Of a stretch of DNA of 64,000 bases, positions 61,801 through 64,000 are shown in pieces. The stretch is from Callorhinchus milii. Its lineage: Eukaryota. The DNA lies in contig NW_024704746.1 in NCBI RefSeq assembly GCF_018977255.1, forward strand, positions 56,606,001 through 56,670,000, in the 5' to 3' direction. Positions within the stretch are counted from its first letter, which is position 1, and each line of letters begins with the position of its first letter. The notes below the pieces were generated by a model. It was not told the DNA's origin. It made no database searches and saw only the letters and a program-made list of their open reading frames with translations. The translations under genes were made by a program, and so were the position numbers.

Positions 61801-62368
61801 TTCTTACAGTGGTTCTTCCCCCACTTCTGAGAACTCAAAGCAAAGGCTAATTAACTACACAGACTTTCTGTACATATAACTTATCTGCCCACCACAATAC
61901 ATGTATGCTTTATCCTCACACTTCAACCACCTGAATTCTCCATTCTTCATGTGAGCCTAGATGGTGCAAATTAGCAGGCAATTCAACCATGGAGACGAGG
62001 CAAGATCAATCACAGCTAAAGCTGTTCCTGCCAATTGAGAAATTTCTTACTGCTTTTGCTTTAAGACCATCATCTTAAAATATAAGATTGTGCAAAATTT
62101 TGTAAAATCCTTCAATTGATTTTCAATTTGGAAGCAGGTTTTCCACAGTTCTTGCAGCCTCATATGGGTGCAACCTAATGCTGAAAAAAAAGATTCCCTG
62201 CAAACAAAATACAGTTTGCCAGAACATTTTTTTTGTATAAACAGTGTCCCATTAAGAGATTCTTATTAGAGATACTAAGTGACACTAAGTTTGTAACTAT
62301 CAGGGAAATGGTGATGGTAGGAAAGAAGAAACAGTGTACGGAGGTTATTGTGATGCCCAAACATTTCA

Positions 62369-62522
62369 AATAATAATAATCCTTGCATTTGATATAGCAC
62401 CTTATCACGTCGTTGAGACGTCTCCAAGAGCTTCACAGAATATACTGTAAAGTGTAGTGACTGTGTGTTTTATGGGTGAAACCTGGCAACCAATTGCGCA
62501 CAGCTGTGTTCCACAAACAGTC
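62369..62522 (-). mobile_element. SINE 3' half
   Basis: (aat)n ccttgcatttgatatagcacc...ccaattgcgcacagctgtgttccacaaacagtc. Confidence 0.85.
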
Positions 62523-64000
62523 AAAAGTTAGTATAGAGGTCACAGTACTCCAGAAAAACAATCCAGCAATCAGAAATGTCCTAGCTAAAGGATGTTGACT
62601 AAACATCTCATATTACTTTTGGAAAGATCTGTCGAGATACGAGAATTAGAAAGCTTAGACTTATTTGAAGGTAAATCTATCTTCATAAAATTGATAATGA
62701 TCCATGAAAAACATTTACAGCAACTAATAAGAAATTTTCATTGACCAACAAGAACCAACAAAGTATTTTGGGTTTCTACAGCTCCTACTGCAGTAAAACT
62801 TTTGCCTTTGCTGGCCGGCCCATAAGAATAAATGAACCGGCTTACTTTGAGCCTGGATTCATTTGGCTTCTGGCTGCCTTCTTCACCTTGGGACCAGCCT
62901 TCTGGTTGCTACTCTCCTTAGGGACATTGGGTGACCCAGAGGAAAATATAAATGGAATACTCAGGTTCCATCCACTGTGTGGATTTCCCAGGTTTCTTCC
63001 CCTTAAATAACTTTGACTTCCTTGAGAGACTTGTAGAATAATGATTTCAAACATTCCATTGATAAAGTGTAGTTCCAATCCTCCTGACAGATAAGGTGGA
63101 TTCCACCAGCCATAATTAACGTAGAATTGTTCCCAACCCATTAGCGGGAGCAGAGACGAACTATTTCAAGTAATCTGAACTCCACGTAAAACGATCCTGA
63201 TGTGTACATTACACTCACGTCAAAAAGGGCTGACGACAGAGTTGAATTACACATCTACCAGAACACCCTAGCCTGTCCACACTATACAGTCCAGCTCATT
63301 CTTTTCTGTCAGTGTCAAGCCATTACAAAGACCTATTTGACGATTACAATAAAGCAGAGGATTTCACTGGAGGACTGTTTCATTACTGGATGAAAAGATT
63401 TATCAGTTTCCTGCCCCTTCCCACCTCCTATTTCTGCATTGCATTCCTTACATTTCTGACCCTTTTTACCACTGTTATTTTTCAATTGATTCTGCTGTGG
63501 GTGTGCAAGCAGTCAGTGGATAATGGAGCACTAGTCAATCATTAACTGTGTGAATATTTCAGGGAGTGCTCACAGATATGAGTTTTCTGGGCATTTTCTT
63601 AAGATTTCACAGATGCTAAATCAAATTTGACCTTGTCTGCAAAAAAAGGCAATTTGATGTTTCACTGTTTCCATGACTGCTCACATATTGGAAAAAGTTG
63701 CAGCTGTTCTGCACTTCACATGACCACTTTCCTGCTACAGCATCACACAATGATAGGTACAGGGCAATCCATTATAATTAGACTTGGCTGATTTTTTTTC
63801 ATATACATTGAGGCAGATAATATGGACGTTTACATATATTTAACCCTACAGTCTTTGCAGGACCAAGATATTTCTTAATGTGTCTAGTGTCTTGGCCTTA
63901 GCCATCCTTCCTAGCAACATTAATTCTCAGCATTCTTTTGCCACTCTGACTAGCAGCAGCACAGAGCTGGTTTCTGATCAACGATCACTACGATGTATCA

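Larger units (their letters stand above)
1..64000 (-). other. CELSR1: CELSR1 gene body (3' part; 30 coding exons equivalent to mammalian exons 6-35, incomplete at both window edges)
   Basis: Thirty exons with AG acceptors and GT (one GC) donors join in frame into LamG/EGF/laminin-EGF/HormR/GAIN/7TM/tail. Paralog-diagnostic strings PNIGRLGIPHGPSGEK, GGVPNLPEDFPV, HGEVLPLKIVTY and GILKNKVTYPPPL match CELSR1 rather than CELSR2 or CELSR3. Confidence 0.95.

Noticed and set aside
62846-62916. Exon-like segment with ctaag acceptor and gtaagc donor (ESSNQKAGPKVKK...)
   Set aside because: 71 nt would frameshift a phase-0 intron and the peptide does not resemble the expected upstream LamG1 exon

Overview
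Eukaryotic (vertebrate) genomic DNA, AT-rich with short introns. Its repeat content (CR1 and L2 LINE fragments, tRNA-derived SINEs, Deu-domain, AmnSINE2-like and LF-SINE-like relics, Penelope-type terminal sequence) suggests a cartilaginous fish; that assignment is inference. The whole window lies inside one minus-strand gene, the planar-cell-polarity adhesion GPCR CELSR1. I traced 30 coding exons by hand from 56241 down to the stop at 584-586. All junctions are phase-compatible, giving 4509 nt (1502 aa plus stop). They encode the end of LamG1, EGF repeats, LamG2, laminin-EGF, HormR, GAIN/GPS, 7TM and the cytoplasmic tail ending ...SDSEGSNETSI*. These correspond to exons 6-35 of the 35-exon mammalian gene; the cadherin-repeat exons lie beyond 64000. 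Nearly all other ORFs in the supplied track are retroelement debris or noise. I found no wholly new biological system, CRISPR array or RNA gene. The best leads are: a GPS site that looks cleavage-competent (H-M|S), unlike mammalian CELSR1; a furin consensus inside the GAIN domain; a required GC-AG intron; an in-frame alternative donor; alternative C-termini with and without the PDZ ligand, with RBFOX motifs next to the terminal acceptor; a SINE/L2 pair sharing a 3' tail; inverted repeat pairs able to form dsRNA or promote circRNA; and degenerate hammerhead-ribozyme relics. Repeat family names come from remembered consensus motifs, not database searches, and repeat boundaries are approximate.
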